DNA from: Tubiluchus corallicola
Taxonomy: Eukaryota > Animalia > Priapulida
Direction of reading: 5' to 3'
DNA length: 35,970 bases
NCBI GenBank assembly: GCA_030141605.1
Contig: JAQGDQ010001531.1
Span: 1 to 35,970 of the forward strand
The notes below the pieces were generated by a model. That model saw only the letters and a program-made list of their open reading frames with translations, was not told the origin of the DNA and searched no databases. Positions 1 through 15,348 of the stretch are shown here, in pieces. Positions within the stretch are counted from its first letter, which is position 1; every line of letters begins with the position of its first letter. Made by a program: the position numbers and the translations under genes.

Positions 1-218
1 TACCACTTTTATTTCTTTCTTAATCTTGGAGTGTTGTACATGTAACAGTGCACAAGGTAGATAGGAATAAAGCATAAAGGATTACTAAATCTTGAGAATG
101 TAGGATTCACGGTGAAATACTTTCTTGTTTAAACATTTTTACAATAAGCAGCTTATAGCTATAATTATAATTATAGTTATAATTAGTTTATAGTATAAAA
201 TTATTAGTATAAAATTAT

Positions 219-330
219 TTAACCACTTCACTGCCTGTATGACGAGAATCTCCCGTCGTGAAAATGCTATTCCGAGTGGCCTGTATGACGAGACTCTACC
301 GTCATACTTAATATGCAAATTAACTGACGT
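219..330 (+). mobile_element. piggyBac-like terminus (single end)
   Basis: TTAA|CCACTTCACTGCC followed by two direct copies of GCCTGTATGACGAGA..CT..CCGTC; no matching other end found. Confidence 0.45.
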
Positions 331-989
331 CTAAGCCAGTAGCAATAATACCTACACACGCCGCATGCAATTAAAGGAATCTAGCTTTGAAAACAAGAAG
401 CGGTGGTGCCCTCTGTTGTCTAAAAAAGATGATACACAAGCTAGAAAACATTCATGACCAAATAACGCACAAAATGCTCAAAAAATATTGCTGTTATTGC
501 TGAGATGTCGTCTGCTACGTTGCCACTGCTTTTCCTGTCTCTTTGTCAATTTTTCTGCCCTCGGATGACTGGAAAAGATGCAATGTGAAGCGGAGGAGGT
601 CAAGTGACCCAATGGCCATGTGTAGAGGAGTAAACCTTCCAAATCAGGAGTGGAGCCCCGAAGGCGGACCAGTGCAGCACGCTCACTGACTCCGGCAGTT
701 CCTGCAGCCGACCTGGTGCCAAACGTGATGCTCCGCTTTCCTTTGGATTACACCAGGGAGGAAGAGAGGATCTCCATACACCTTGCCCAGGCGTGCGCCC
801 TGGAGACGTTCAAGGATCGGACTGCTCAGCCACAGTCGACACTGCAGCTCCATCAATGTGATCAATAACTGACTCTCTTGGCGCACACTCCATTGTCTTC
901 CGAGACAGAAGGATGCCAACCACAACTGTATCTATATCAATTCATTATCAAGTAACGTGGAAGCAAATTTAATGTGTCTGTACACTCAC

Positions 990-1099
990 CTAGGGGCAGA
1001 TTTCCCATCACCTGGTATAGGCTTACGAGGTGACCTCGCTTTCACTACAAGAGGTTTCGACATCTCCTCCAAAACTGACGGTGCCACATAGGTAAAACC
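990..1099 (-). CDS. RPS6KB: S6K exon 13 (GFTYVAPSVLEEMSKPLVVKARSPRKPIPGDGKSAP)
   Basis: Completes hydrophobic motif FLGFTY (mTORC1 site) and has the RSPR autoinhibitory start; CACAG| and |GTGAGT. No stop codon, so the gene continues, probably outside the window. Confidence 0.95.
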
Positions 1100-1447
1100 C
1101 TGTGGAGAAACATTAAATCAACTATCAAAACCATTTTATCAAAAAATGCAGTCGCATCTATAGTTGGCAAATACATCAACACAGTACAGAATTATATAGT
1201 TGATACAGAACTATCAATACTAGCACACAGACTTCATCTACGGCTCTTGGCGATTATTTTAGTACTAATTGTCAACACTCCCTAATGCCATTTAACTGAA
1301 TTATAGACTAGCTCTTCAGAGGCCAATACCAATGATGACAAATGAAAAGATCTGATTATGGCAGAACACCATTAAACAGAAAGGTTTATGTCACATTATA
1401 AAGACAGTTTGCACAATTTTACGGTCGGCATAACATGATCCCTGATA

Positions 1448-2070
<623 letters not shown>

Positions 2071-2491
2071 GTTGCAAGCGTGTTTTTGGCAAGGCACAGT
2101 ACATAAATGCTTCACTCTAATTTGTTTTACGATAATTAAACACTGGCAGTCAGCTCACTCGCATGCCTACACAAGAGTACAACAGTGATTCAAGTTTATT
2201 CACTAGTACAAAATGAACTTTAGTAACTCTACTGGCAGAGCAGTTATGACGAAATAATCATCATACCGTTAGCCTTTAGCGAGAGTGATTAAGGAGAGAT
2301 GAATCTAGGAGACGGAACTTAAATTTTCTACTGCGTATCTGTTTCGAATAGGCAAAGTATCTATTTGAAAGTAATTTGCAGATTTTATTTTTTCATTCTG
2401 CTGCATTTTTCATTTTTCATTCTCCGATTACTGAAAAATGCAGTCTTATTTAATGGCACACTTGTTTTTATTAACATAATTTTCTTAGCAG

Positions 2492-2830
2492 TAGATTAGA
2501 TTAGATTAGATCTATTTAATAAAAATATACAATTGTACATTTACAATAAAATCTTGCAAATAAATATGATTAGTTAATGTTTTAGGGTGGAAAAAAGCCA
2601 CCAGGCATGAACGCACTTACGGTGGACCACATTAATTAGTTATTTCTATTAAATTTACAGAAAGAATTAAAATCAAACAAGTAGTTTAAATGAGAAAGAA
2701 ATAAGTTGTTAACAATCACCAATGGTTAATTGTTCCATGTATTGATCACCCTGTTTGCAATAGAGTATTTAAAAACATCAATACAACAATGATTTTTGTA
2801 CAACTTGTAACAATGTAACTATGGCCCCTT
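2492..2830 (-). mobile_element. CR1 LINE 3' remnant
   Basis: Decayed RGHSY..KLYK...KYSIANRVINTWNN*P; (TCTAA)n tail. Confidence 0.7.
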
Positions 2831-3001
2831 AATCCGAGAGTAGCTTCTACGAGGGATAATTTCGGATCCTGCCTGAATGGTTCTGAAACGCAGCTGGTTT
2901 TATTAGCCGTGGTTTTCATAATGGTGACTACAGTATTAAATTGTTCATTAAGTAAGCATAGCTATTATCCATTAAGTAAGAAATGAATTTTTCTCGCTCA
3001 C

Positions 3002-3109
3002 CAGAAAGACTTGTTGCGCGCTCTCGCTGAGCGACGATTCCACAGGACTGTCAATGGGTGTCTGCCTGGTAAATTTTGTGTCAAACTGGCTGACATCGTC
3101 TTCACCTGT
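3002..3109 (-). CDS. RPS6KB: S6K exon 12 (TGEDDVSQFDTKFTRQTPIDSPVESSLSESAQQVFL)
   Basis: DVSQFD and turn motif DSP; TAG| and |GTGAG; 108 nt. Confidence 0.95.
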
Positions 3110-3902
3110 CTACAATTTTAAGGTTAGAGTTAGCTTACCAACAATGAAAATGTTCAAATTTTAGAGACAATTCAATCAATAGCTATGCTAGACCAAGACT
3201 AGTTACTTACTACAACAGCAATATCAAAAAATAATTAGTTTGCAAGCTGCCATCCCAGTGCTCAAGGGCAAGGTCTATTAATTGATTTGATTCGCTGAAA
3301 TTCCATGTTACTACAGATTAGATGCAATTCGGCAGAGTTTTTAAAAAATCCTGAAGGAGTTAACTGACCAAGGTGTTCCAGCCCTTTATGAATATACCTT
3401 CTCCAGTCCACTGAAAGCTGAAGCATTATGGCAGATGAAAAAACTATTAGGTAGTTATCTTGGCAACCACTCATCCATTTACAGACCAGATTTAACAGCA
3501 ATTTTCTTGCTCCATTTCATCTTTCATTCACTACTCCCCCCCCCACTTTTATGTATATATTATCATTATTTCAATTATTAATCTTTTTCTTAAGATTTCC
3601 ACATACAGTTTGACCTGTCAAGCTATGCTTTTAGGCTCAAACTGTATGCATCAAAATTATTCTGTAATGTAATTTGCACATGTATATCCCGCATTCTGTA
3701 ATTTCTCGATAATACCGCATTTTTTTATATTTATATTTACTTAAATGGATAATTATCTGTATTTTAATGATAATTGTAAGATGCAATGTGGAAATGAATA
3801 AACTGTTGAAACTCTTGAATCGCAAAATGCGTGCCAGAAACTGGAACAGTTTGAAGAAGCTTAAAGAAGTTTATTTACAGTACCTTATAACTGACATGTT
3901 TA

Positions 3903-4010
<108 letters not shown>

Positions 4011-4634
4011 CTAAAGAAAAACAAAAACAGTGTAGAGAATTCTTCGTTAAACATGTTCATCTTGTGTAAACTGATAAAGGTGACATCATGCTCAGACTTG
4101 AAAGGAAAACCGGACACAATCTTAAACTATAGCTCAAAGCAATCTACCCTTTCTTGAAAGGGAACATCAAGAATAACTTATGTGAAAGGATCATTAATTT
4201 CACGTTTGCGTTGCTACTTCTTCACTGTTACTAGCACCTGCATTACGGAAATGTGTTGCGCAAAAATGGGTATTGTACATCCCAATGCATGGGTGGTCAG
4301 TTGTGACGTAGTCAAACGTTTGAAACATTATGCACGAGTATAGCATTAAAACTTAAATTTAAATTTTTAAGCTTAAAATTTGCCTAGTTTTTGTGCATCA
4401 CACTGAATGTTGTACAGTAGTACTGTACTTCAATTTTTGCTTTTGTAAACAAGTGCACCACTTGTGTAATGTTTGTGTTGTTAAAAATTATGTTCAGTTG
4501 TGACGTCATCACTAGTTAGACTCGTCCAATATTAACAAAATTTTTAGTACGTTATTTAATTATCACAAATGTTTTGATATTATCATAGGAGTTAAAATGT
4601 ACACTTTTTGACCATATTTCAAAATGGTGTAAGA

Positions 4635-5113
4635 CAGGGTTCTGCAAATTATCTGACTAGCCGGGCCACATTAAACTTTCCCGCAATTCCTGTGGGCCAC
4701 AGGCAGTTTGATCAAGGAGCCAAGTACAGAAAGGCCTAATAACGATTTTTTTTGCATCCGACCTGCGTACATCATTACTACTACACTCAAGAAACTATTT
4801 TAGAAGTTATTAAAATTTATATTACAAACCATATATTTCTACTTTCAGTACAGATAGTGGTAATTTCATTACAATGCATATTAGTAATGTGTATCACACA
4901 GTCTGTGTAGTACAGTGACATTAAGCTACAACCGTCTTGTAAGGGTTAATGGCATCCGATCTAGTAGAAAAAACTACCCGCACTATCTTTGGGATTGTCG
5001 CACGGACTTCAGCTGGACACACTCAATTAATCGCCCGGGCCGCACTTTCATTAGGTAGACAAATCTCTTCTCGGGCCTCACAAATTCTCTCGGCGGGCCA
5101 CAATTTTCACACC
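4635..5113. mobile_element. hAT MITE, third copy with damaged right end
   Basis: Highly similar to 9373-9833; the right TIR stops at ...TTCACACC and no TSD is seen. Confidence 0.85.
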
Positions 5114-5676
5114 AAAATCTTAGGACAGTATTATGTATGTAGAGAAGCCACTTTCACAAAAACACTTTTACAACACCACAAAAACACTTACAACACCACA
5201 AAAACACTTTTACAACACCACATAAACTCTCACATAACACTTTTACGTATTACCAAGTGAAATCAACACAGCTGGCAAAATTGAGTGAGAAACAGAAGTA
5301 ATTAACAGCAGCATTTAAGAAGGTCGCTCATTATCCTAAACAAATTAATGAGTCGTAACAGCAGCAGTTAAGAACGACTACTTGTTACCCTAAACAAATT
5401 AATGAATATTGAAACAACGTTCTGTGCTTCTGCATCTCACAAGAATATGGAAAGGGTAGGTGAATTGTTTGCCACTTAGTACAATTCAAATTTCAACTGT
5501 CGTTCCACAGAAATCGAAGCCGGAATTGACGCTACTTAACTTGATAGATATTTTCTCGAATAAAAATATCCGATGATCATCATTAAACAGAAATAGCTTT
5601 TTACAGCTTTCAATGTACAATAAGCTGATCTAGTAACCCTTTCTACACCTTTAGTACCTTTTCAACAAAATCATAC

Positions 5677-5739
5677 CTTAATTGGCTTAGCATCATCTGG
5701 ACCAGATCCCAGTCTTGTGCTGACATGTCGTTTTAACAA
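5677..5739 (-). CDS. RPS6KB: S6K exon 10 (LLKRHVSTRLGSGPDDAKPIK)
   Basis: Subdomain XI RLG; TTACAG| and |GTATGA; 63 nt. Confidence 0.95.
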
Positions 5740-6160
5740 CTGTAAGAAAAATCTGAATTTCAAATCTGATATTTAGCCAAACTGAGTAAACAGGCATTGT
5801 TAAACATATAAAAATATTATAAAGTTTGTGTTACACTGATGTAGACAAACTAATTTAAAATGTTACCGAGTGTTGAAAAGAACAAAAAAAACTTGTTCAG
5901 TCAGTCATTATTTTAGCCATACATACAAGCGTATGGCCCCGTTAGCTGAACATAACATACAACAGTATTGAAAAACTAAGTACTGCTACTACAAACTAAA
6001 CCTTGTAAGTTTTAACCTACGTACAAAAGTTCTTAACAATGACATAAAAACTACCAAAGCGCCTCTCAGTTAGTGAGTACTAAAATTCACCGAATACACT
6101 CACTGTTCATTGACTTTCTTGAATACATGTTCACTGTCTTAAAGGGGAAGAACAGGAATT

Positions 6161-8369
6161 TTAAAGTCAATCCCAAAAAACTTTCCATCCTTAAATACAT
6201 TGCTTAGCATTACGCTTACCTGTTTAAAAAACTTTGGCAAAGTCTTTGGTAAAGAAGATTCTCAACAATTTTAAGCATTTGCACCACCTGGTAAAACAGC
6301 ACTACACTGCCCTCCCAGTGTGCACCACCCGGTAAAACAGCACTACACTGCCCTCCCAGTGTGCACCAATAGGTAAAACAGCACTACACTGCCCTCCCAG
6401 TGTGCACCAATAGGTAAAACAGCACTACACTGCCCTCCCGGTGTGCACCACCTGGTAAAACAGCACTACACTGCCCTCCCAGTGTGCACCACCTGGTAAA
6501 ACAGCACTACAACGCCCTCCCAGTGTGCACCACCCGGTAAAACAGCACTACACTGCCCTCCCAGTGTGCACCACCCGGTAAAACAGCACTACACTGCCCT
6601 CCCAGTGTGCACCACCTGGTAAAACAGCACTACACTGCCCTCCCGGTGTGCACCAATAGGTAAAACAGCACTACACTGCCCTCCCAGTGTGCACCACCCG
6701 GTAAAACAGCACTACACTGCCCTCCCAGTGTGCACCACCTGGTAAAACAGCACTACACTGCCCTCCCGGTGTGCGCCACCTGGTAAAACAGCATTACACT
6801 GCCCTCCCAGTGTGCACCACCTGGTAAAACAGCACTACAACGCCCTCCCAGTGTGCACCAATAGGTAAAACAGCACTACACTGCCCTCCCAGTGTGCACC
6901 ACCCGGTAAAACAGCACTACACTGCCCTCCCAGTGTACACCACCTGGTAAAACAGCACTACACTGCCCTCCCAGTGTGCACCAATAGGTAAAACAGCACT
7001 ACACTGCCCTCCCGGTGTGCACCACCTGGTAAAACAGCACTACACTGCCCTCCCAGTGTGCACCACCTGGTAAAACAGCACTACAACGCCCTCCCAGTGT
7101 GCACCACCCGGTAAAACAGCACTACACTGCCCTCCCAGTGTGCACCACCCGGTAAAACAGCACTACACTGCCCTCCCAGTGTGCACCACCTGGTAAAACA
7201 GCACTACACTGCCCTCCCGGTGTGCGCCACCTGGTAAAACAGCATTACACTGCCCTCCCAATGTGCACCACCTGGTAAAACAGCACTACACTGCCCTCCC
7301 AGTGTGCACCACCCGATAAAACAGCACTACACTGCCCTCCCAGTGTGTACCACCCGGTAAAACAGCACTACACTGCCCTCCCAGTGTGCACCACCCGGTA
7401 AAACAGCACTACACTGCCCTTCCAGTGTGCACCACCCGGTAAACCAGCACTACACTGCCCTCCCAGTGTGCACCACCCGGTAAAGCAGCACTACACTGCC
7501 CTCCCAGTGTGCACCACCTGGTAAAACAGCACTACAATGCCCTCCCAGTGTGCACAGCCAGGTAAAACAGCACTACAATGCCCTCCCAGTGTGCACCACC
7601 TGGTAAACAGCACTACACTGCCCTCCCAGTGTGCACCACCCGGTAAAACAGCACCATACTGCCCTCCCAGTGTGCACCACCTGGTAAAATAGCACTACAC
7701 TGCCCTTCCAGTGTGCACCACCTGGTAAGACAGCACTACACTGCCCTTCCAGTGTGCACAACCTGGTAAAACAGCACTACAATGCCCTCCCAGTGTGCAC
7801 TACCTGGTAAAACAGCACTACACTGCCCTCCCAGTGTGCATTACCTGGTAAAACAGCACTACAATGCCCTCCCAGTGTGCACCACCTGCTAAAACAGCAC
7901 CATACTGCCCTCCCAGTGTGCACCACCTGGTAAAATAGCACAACACTGCCCTCCCAGTGTGCACAGCCTGGTAAAACAGCACTAAACTGCCCTCCCAGTG
8001 TGCACCACCTGGTAAAACAGCACTACACTGCCCTCCCAGTGTGCACCACTGATTAACCGAAAAACAGATTGTTTATCTTATTGACAATACAGAGTAATTT
8101 ACACTTTTGCTTGGTTAACGAAGAGCGGGCTATGAATGCTCTGATTATTTTTTCAAGTTTACGCAATGTTATCTAAATTTGTATCAGGTGATTTACCGTC
8201 GAAATGGCTGCATCTAACGGTCATCGCAGGAGTTTAAATTTACAAGTCTTACACAGCATTAGTGCTAACACAAGCTCTGTATGCAATAGGGCAGTACACA
8301 AGTGAGTGATACAAAATTTGACATCGATTTTTAGGTCTTATTTACGAAGTGTGTTTTCTTGTGCTTTAA
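6161..8369. mobile_element. TTAA-flanked (Kolobok-like) non-autonomous element hosting the 41-bp array
   Basis: Ends TTAAAG...CTTTAA; both array flanks are homologous to 21595-22042. Confidence 0.6.
6280..8049. repeat. 41-bp minisatellite, about 43 copies
   Basis: Unit GTGTGCACCACCTGGTAAAACAGCACTACACTGCCCTCCCA with minor variants. Confidence 0.97.
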
Positions 8370-8851
8370 ATTATAAAAAAACACTAAAATTGATTAATAA
8401 GAAAACTAATAAGAGTAAGAATATTAACAATACTACAGAATAAACTCACTCAGGCATCAGCTCTTCTGATGCACTTATGCGTGACATACTATTTATCAGT
8501 ATATTTTTTATTTTAGTACCAAAAATGAACTTTTTTGGTTTATAGTTAAAAAACATAAATTACTAAACTAACGGTATTGAAAACGCCTATTTCAAAACAA
8601 ATAATTTTCACTTTATTTCCATTCATATATATATATAGATGCCTATATATAGCATATATATGCTATATAAAATATCTGATGCTACATATAATATATTTCA
8701 TGTCATGTAGCATTTCAACATAAGACCCCTAACAAGCAACTCACTATAAAGTGCCACAATATGTTACAATGCACACGAAACTATGCACACATAGTTGTAC
8801 CCTCTGTTGATCCTTAAATGTATCGACGTTCCTAGAAGTATTAACCTATTA

Positions 8852-9833
<982 letters not shown>

Positions 9834-10397
9834 CACTAAGCTAAGAACAGTGCTAATGTCATATGAACGCAAATATAACGACAACCTTTGGAAGAAATAT
9901 GCACTACTAATGCATGAGATGCGTGCCGGGTTAGGATAATGCTCATTATGTAATTTTAGAAAATTAACGTTAAGCTGCATATTTTAGTAAAGCTTAAAGT
10001 TCCGATAAATATTGACATTCTAGACATGCAAGTTCAAATAAATGAATGTATAGAGAAAAGTTACGCCTTACTGCATACAATTTTTCTTGGTTACAGCAAT
10101 GTAGGTGCACATACTGGGCTCATCTAAGCTTATATACCCGTACAATTAACAAGTCATAACTCTACTGGTCATTTGAAGCTTCGTTTAAAATTTATTAAAT
10201 TAAAATTCAATAGCATCATCATGATTCGCCTGTCCTGTCATCGGCATTCAAATAAAAAAATGAACGCCACAAAGCTACATGAACTGGGGCATTCAAATCT
10301 TGCCTACTGAAACACGCTGCAGAAGGATTTTACGCTGATTCAAATATGAAATGTGAACGTGGAACATGGACCGAGATTTTGAGGTACATCGACGTGG

Positions 10398-10965
10398 CTG
10401 ACATCTGATTCTTACAACCTACACCAAAGTCAGTTGTTACACTGTACATGTGCACCAATGACATCTTGTTTTTACAAATTCATTACAATCTGTACAACTA
10501 CAACTGCTGACACCTCATTCCTACAACCTGAACCAAAGTATGTAGTTTTACTGTACATTTCCAATACTGACATCTCTTTTTATCACCCTATACCTGATAC
10601 CAGCAGAATGATACCACCCTGCACATTCATGTCAAACGACACCTCATTTTTTTTACACCCTACACCAATGTGACATGGTTCTTACTGCAAATTACATCAA
10701 TAATACCTCATTTTTTCACACCCTACACCAATGGGATGTGGTTCTTATTGCAAATTACATTAACAATACCTCATTTTTTACACCCTACACCAATGTGATG
10801 TGGATGTGCTGCACATTTATGTCAACGACACCCCATTTTTATCCTGCACGCTAATGTGATGTAGTTTTACTGCATACCTACGTCAGCGACACCTCAATTT
10901 ACACCCTACATCAACACCACTTGGTTCTACTGCACATCTACGTCAATGATACCTCATTTTTACAC
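10398..10965. repeat. Degenerate ~60-64-bp tandem repeat, about 9 copies
   Basis: Recurrent ACCTCATTTTTTACACCCTACACCAATGTGATGTGGTT..TACTGCA core. Confidence 0.8.
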
Positions 10966-11032
10966 ATGTGGAAGATTTGAAGAAAAGAACTTGTAAAGCT
11001 GGATTCAGACCCACTACACTGACAGTCAAGAT

Positions 11033-11477
11033 CAGTGGTGTGCAAATTACCTGACTAGCCGGGCCACATTAAACTTTCCCGCAATTCCTGCAGGCCACAT
11101 GCAGTTTGATCAAGGAGCCAAGTACAGTAGGACGTAATAACGATTTTTTGCATCCGATCTGCGTACATCATTAGTACTACACTCAAGAAACTATTTTAGA
11201 AGTTATTAAAATTTATATTTCTACTTTCAGGACAGATAGTGGTAATTTCATTACAATGCATATTAGTAATGTGTATCACACAGTCTGTGTAGTACAGTGT
11301 TATTAAGCTACAACCGTCTTGTAAGGGTTAATGGCATCCGATCTAGTAGAAAAAACTACCCGCACTATCTTTGGTATCGTGACACGGACTTCACCTGGAT
11401 ACACTCAATTAATCGCCCAGGCCGCACTTTCATTAGGTTGACAAATCTCTTCGCTGGCCGCAATTTGCACACCCCTG
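11033..11477. mobile_element. hAT MITE, second copy of the same family
   Basis: Same internal sequence and TIRs; TSD GTCAAGAT/GTCAAAAT (7/8). Confidence 0.9.
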
Positions 11478-12236
11478 GTCAAAATCATTCTTCGAAAACG
11501 ATCAGTGCGTTCGTGATTAAAACTATATTTTAGAAGAATGAAATGAAGTTTTTTTCACAAACGAGTTTCCTACACAAGCAACATTACTACGAACATCACA
11601 TAAAAATGAATAAACAAATTAAAAGAAATCAATATAGTTTAAGAAAACTAATAACATCTAACGTTCATCCGTGTATCATAAAACTAATGTCAATTACTAA
11701 TCCAAACTAACAAGACGTGAAGCAAAGCGTAAAACAACCACAAACGATTAACAATGCCAAATTCCATAGTCAACATAAGAAGCAGCGATAGCTTCTCTGC
11801 CAAAAAGCGTACACAAGTGCCAAGACATTACTTGAACAGCGTAACAAAAGTAAGTTTAATAAATGATAACCATGTGACAGCTGAATTGGTGCACACATTT
11901 CATTTGCTAAACATTTGCTACGCTGCATTAGACAGCTTAAAACAGAGACGCAGCAACTGATTAATGTACATAATACAAAATGTATAACTTCTTCAAGTAT
12001 ATAACTGACTGACAGAGAAAGTCAAAATCGGTAAACTCTTCAAAAATACTTCATTAGAGGTCAAGCATATGCATACATTAATTTAACTTTGACACATGCG
12101 AAAAATAGAATAAGCAGCATTTAAGGAATAAAAACAAACCATTCATTACAAAATGACGTCTTTCCAGTAAAAATTTATTTACAGTTAAAAAATGTACCAT
12201 TGTTTGAGCATATAATAACAATGGCTTAAGTATATA

Positions 12237-13379
12237 GGTTTTACACGTCAAATGTAGACACAGGAAAGTTCAAATGTGACTTAGGTAAATCAAATGTAGA
12301 CACAGGAAAGTTCAAATGTGACTTAGGTAAGTCAAATGTAGACACAGGAAAGTTCAAATGTGACTTAGGTAAGTCAAATGTAGACATAGGAATTTCGAAT
12401 GTGTTGTGGTAACTCAAATGTAGACACAGGAAAGTTCAAATGTGACTTAGGTAAGTCAAATGTAGACACAGGAAAGTTCAAATGTGACTTAGGTAAATCA
12501 AATGTAGACACAGGAAAGTTCAAATGTAACTTAGGTAAATCAAATGTAGACATGGGAAAGTTCAAATGTAACTTAGGTAAATCAAATGTAGACACAGGAA
12601 AGTTCAAATGTAACTTAGGTAAGTCAAATGTAGACATGGGAAAGTTCAAATGTAACTTAGGTAAATCAAATGTAGACACAGGAAAGTTCAAATGTAACTT
12701 AGGTAAATCAAATGTAGACATGGGAAAGTTCAAATGTAACTTAGGTAAATCAAATGTAGACACAGGAAAGTTCAAATGTAACTTAGGTAAATCAAATGTA
12801 GACACAGGAAAGTTCAAATGTAACTTAGGTAAATCAAATGTAGACACAGGAAAGTTCAAATGTAACTTAGGTAAATCAAATGTAGACATGGGAAAGTTCA
12901 AATGTAACTTAGGTAAATCAAATGTAGACACAGGAAAGTTCAAATGTAACTTAGGTAAATCAAATGTAGACATAAGAATTTCAAATGTGTTTTGGTAACT
13001 CAAATGTGACTTAGGTAAGTCAAATGTAGATGCATTACTTTGAATAAATCGGTAATTAAGTTATTTAAGTGGAAATTAGAAAAAGATAAACCAAAGATAG
13101 TGCATCTATTAGTAGACCTATAACGTTGTTATTTTAACTTAAGAGCAATTATTAAATTGAAATTAAAGAAGATTAAATTTAACATCCTTAAACTTTACCA
13201 CCTATCCACATTTGAGATAACAATGTCACATTTGACTTACCAAAAACGCTCAAGATTTGTTGAAAACCATTGTTAACACATTTGAACTACCTAAGTCTAC
13301 ATTTGATTTACCAAGACACATTTGAATTACCTAAATCTACATTTGAGTTAACGTAGGTCTACATTTGACATGTAAAACC
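12237..13379. mobile_element. TA/TATA-flanked MITE with an expanded internal satellite
   Basis: TIR GGTTTTACACGTCAAATGTAGAC/GTCTACATTTGACATGTAAAACC with TATA on both sides; superfamily not assigned. Confidence 0.85.
12248..13030. repeat. 42-bp tandem repeat (2 x 21-bp subunits), about 18 copies
   Basis: Unit TCAAATGTAGACACAGGAAAGTTCAAATGTRACTTAGGTAAR; it explains the ~200-aa ORFs on both strands. Confidence 0.95.
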
Positions 13380-13557
13380 TATACAACACACATACAAGAT
13401 AATAGTAAACACTTAACAGAAAAAATAATCACACGTATAAAAGTTAGCTCACAACCGAGGATCCAAATTTACTTGTTTTAACACAGACACAAGTAAAGAC
13501 GACCAATCCACAAATGTATCAACAAATATCTAAAGTGTAAGATGTACAAACAATTTA

Positions 13558-13695
<138 letters not shown>

Positions 13696-14779
13696 TTAAT
13701 GACTCAAAATAGTTACATTTTCTTTGAAAACACAATAATAGATCATCACACCACTAAAACTATCAGTGATAAGAAAAACAACGTAATTTTCAAATCAAAC
13801 TTTAAAATCCCATGCAGTACAACTACAGACCTTATTCTGAGTTGTATTTTTACGACTAAAAGGTCTCAATGAAAGAATTGAAATGCAAGACACTTCGGCA
13901 CACCTCATTAAAAGCAAAAAACAAGAAACAAAGAACAAAAAATAGCAAATCCTTAATTTTTTATTTCACAATTTCACTGTGGAAGTTGTAATTGTTCATT
14001 TTTTAGGTGCTGCCATCTATGAACTAATCCTGTTACTATACCAGCTAGTTACCCCAGTATAATTGTATGGACCAGTGAATGCATATTCACTGGATCTCTC
14101 CCTAATTTAAAGTAATGGTGTTGTGAAGCCTGTACAAGTATGCATAATCACCTATACCTATATATACTGCCTGATTTACCTTCTAGTCACTGTCTAACTC
14201 TCAGTGTTCAGTGCAGGACTCTCTCATTCTCAGTGTTCAGTGCAGCAGTCATTCTACTTATGTGTATGCAGTTTAATAAACACGTTTCTGTGCAAATATG
14301 CAGTATAGTTTTTTATTCTTGTTCTACAAAGTGAGTGATCTACAACTTTAAACATGACTTTCACATTCACAGTTAAGTACAGGATGTACAACTCAGTTAA
14401 AAAAAAACACAATTGGGGTGCAATAAAATTTCAACTTCTTCATTCTATGAATGTTTTCAGTTCTTGACATTAACAGGTTACATAAAATACGAAAAAATAT
14501 GCAACATAATTTAAAAAACAGCTAAGTTTCCATCTGCATGCATATCATTTCAGCTGAATAATTACCACTAACAAACACGATTATCTTATGGCGCTCTTTT
14601 AACCGGAACACGTTTTGAAAAACATTTCACAACTACAGCTTTAAAAGGCATTACTAATTTGAACAACCTCCAGAACAACAATATTAATCCTATAAAGGTG
14701 AAAATACAACTGATTAGCTACTCACTAACCTTGGTCAAATTTCCCTGTTAATAAGACCCCATTTGAAACTACTACGTAT

Positions 14780-15116
14780 GATAATTCTAATTACTGAATA
14801 ATTGTATTGCTTTGTTTAGATTTTGGTATCTAACTTTATTTATTTTTTTGTTTTCAGTTCTTTTTGGATAATTTGCATCATTTATACTGTTTTTATTTGT
14901 ATTTTTTCTTATTTGTTTTTGTTTTTGTTATCTGCAGCATCACCATTAATTTTTAATATGACTAATCTATTTATAAGAAAGGGCAGGAGACTAGATGACC
15001 CTATGGTCCTTCCCTGCCCTGCTCCAGGATTATAATTACTTAATATTTAAAAAACTTTTGATGTTAAACTAATTGGAGAAAATAAATGTTCTATGTCTAT
15101 ACCTATGTCTATGTCT
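14780..15116 (+). mobile_element. LINE (CR1-group-like) 3' UTR remnant
   Basis: T-rich tract, GGGCAGG...CCTGCCC hairpin, AATAAA, then a (TATGTC)n tail. Confidence 0.55.
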
Positions 15117-15228
15117 GATGCTGTAATATAAACTAAATCATGAGATTTTGATGGATTTTTTTAATTACAGGAACATTAAATGAGTAAAGTACAGCAGTAG
15201 GTTTGTTTATGCTGAACAAATCGACTTA

Positions 15229-15348
<120 letters not shown>

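Noticed and set aside
862-925. Possible S6K terminal exon after a 64-nt intron (CGWHPSVSEDNGVCAKRVSY*)
   Set aside because: Poor polypyrimidine tract and no similarity to S6K C-termini; the real last exon is probably outside the window.
6280-8049. CRISPR-like array (also considered for 18184-18713 and 12248-13030)
   Set aside because: Units are head to tail with no unique spacers, there are no cas genes, and the context is eukaryotic introns.
11918-11956. Possible alternative terminal exon after exon 8 (LLRLCFKLSNAA*)
   Set aside because: Supported only by a modest acceptor, with no homology; needs transcript evidence.
12374-13003. 199-aa and 209-aa repetitive ORFs on opposite strands
   Set aside because: Artefacts of a stop-free 42-bp (3n) tandem repeat inside a MITE.
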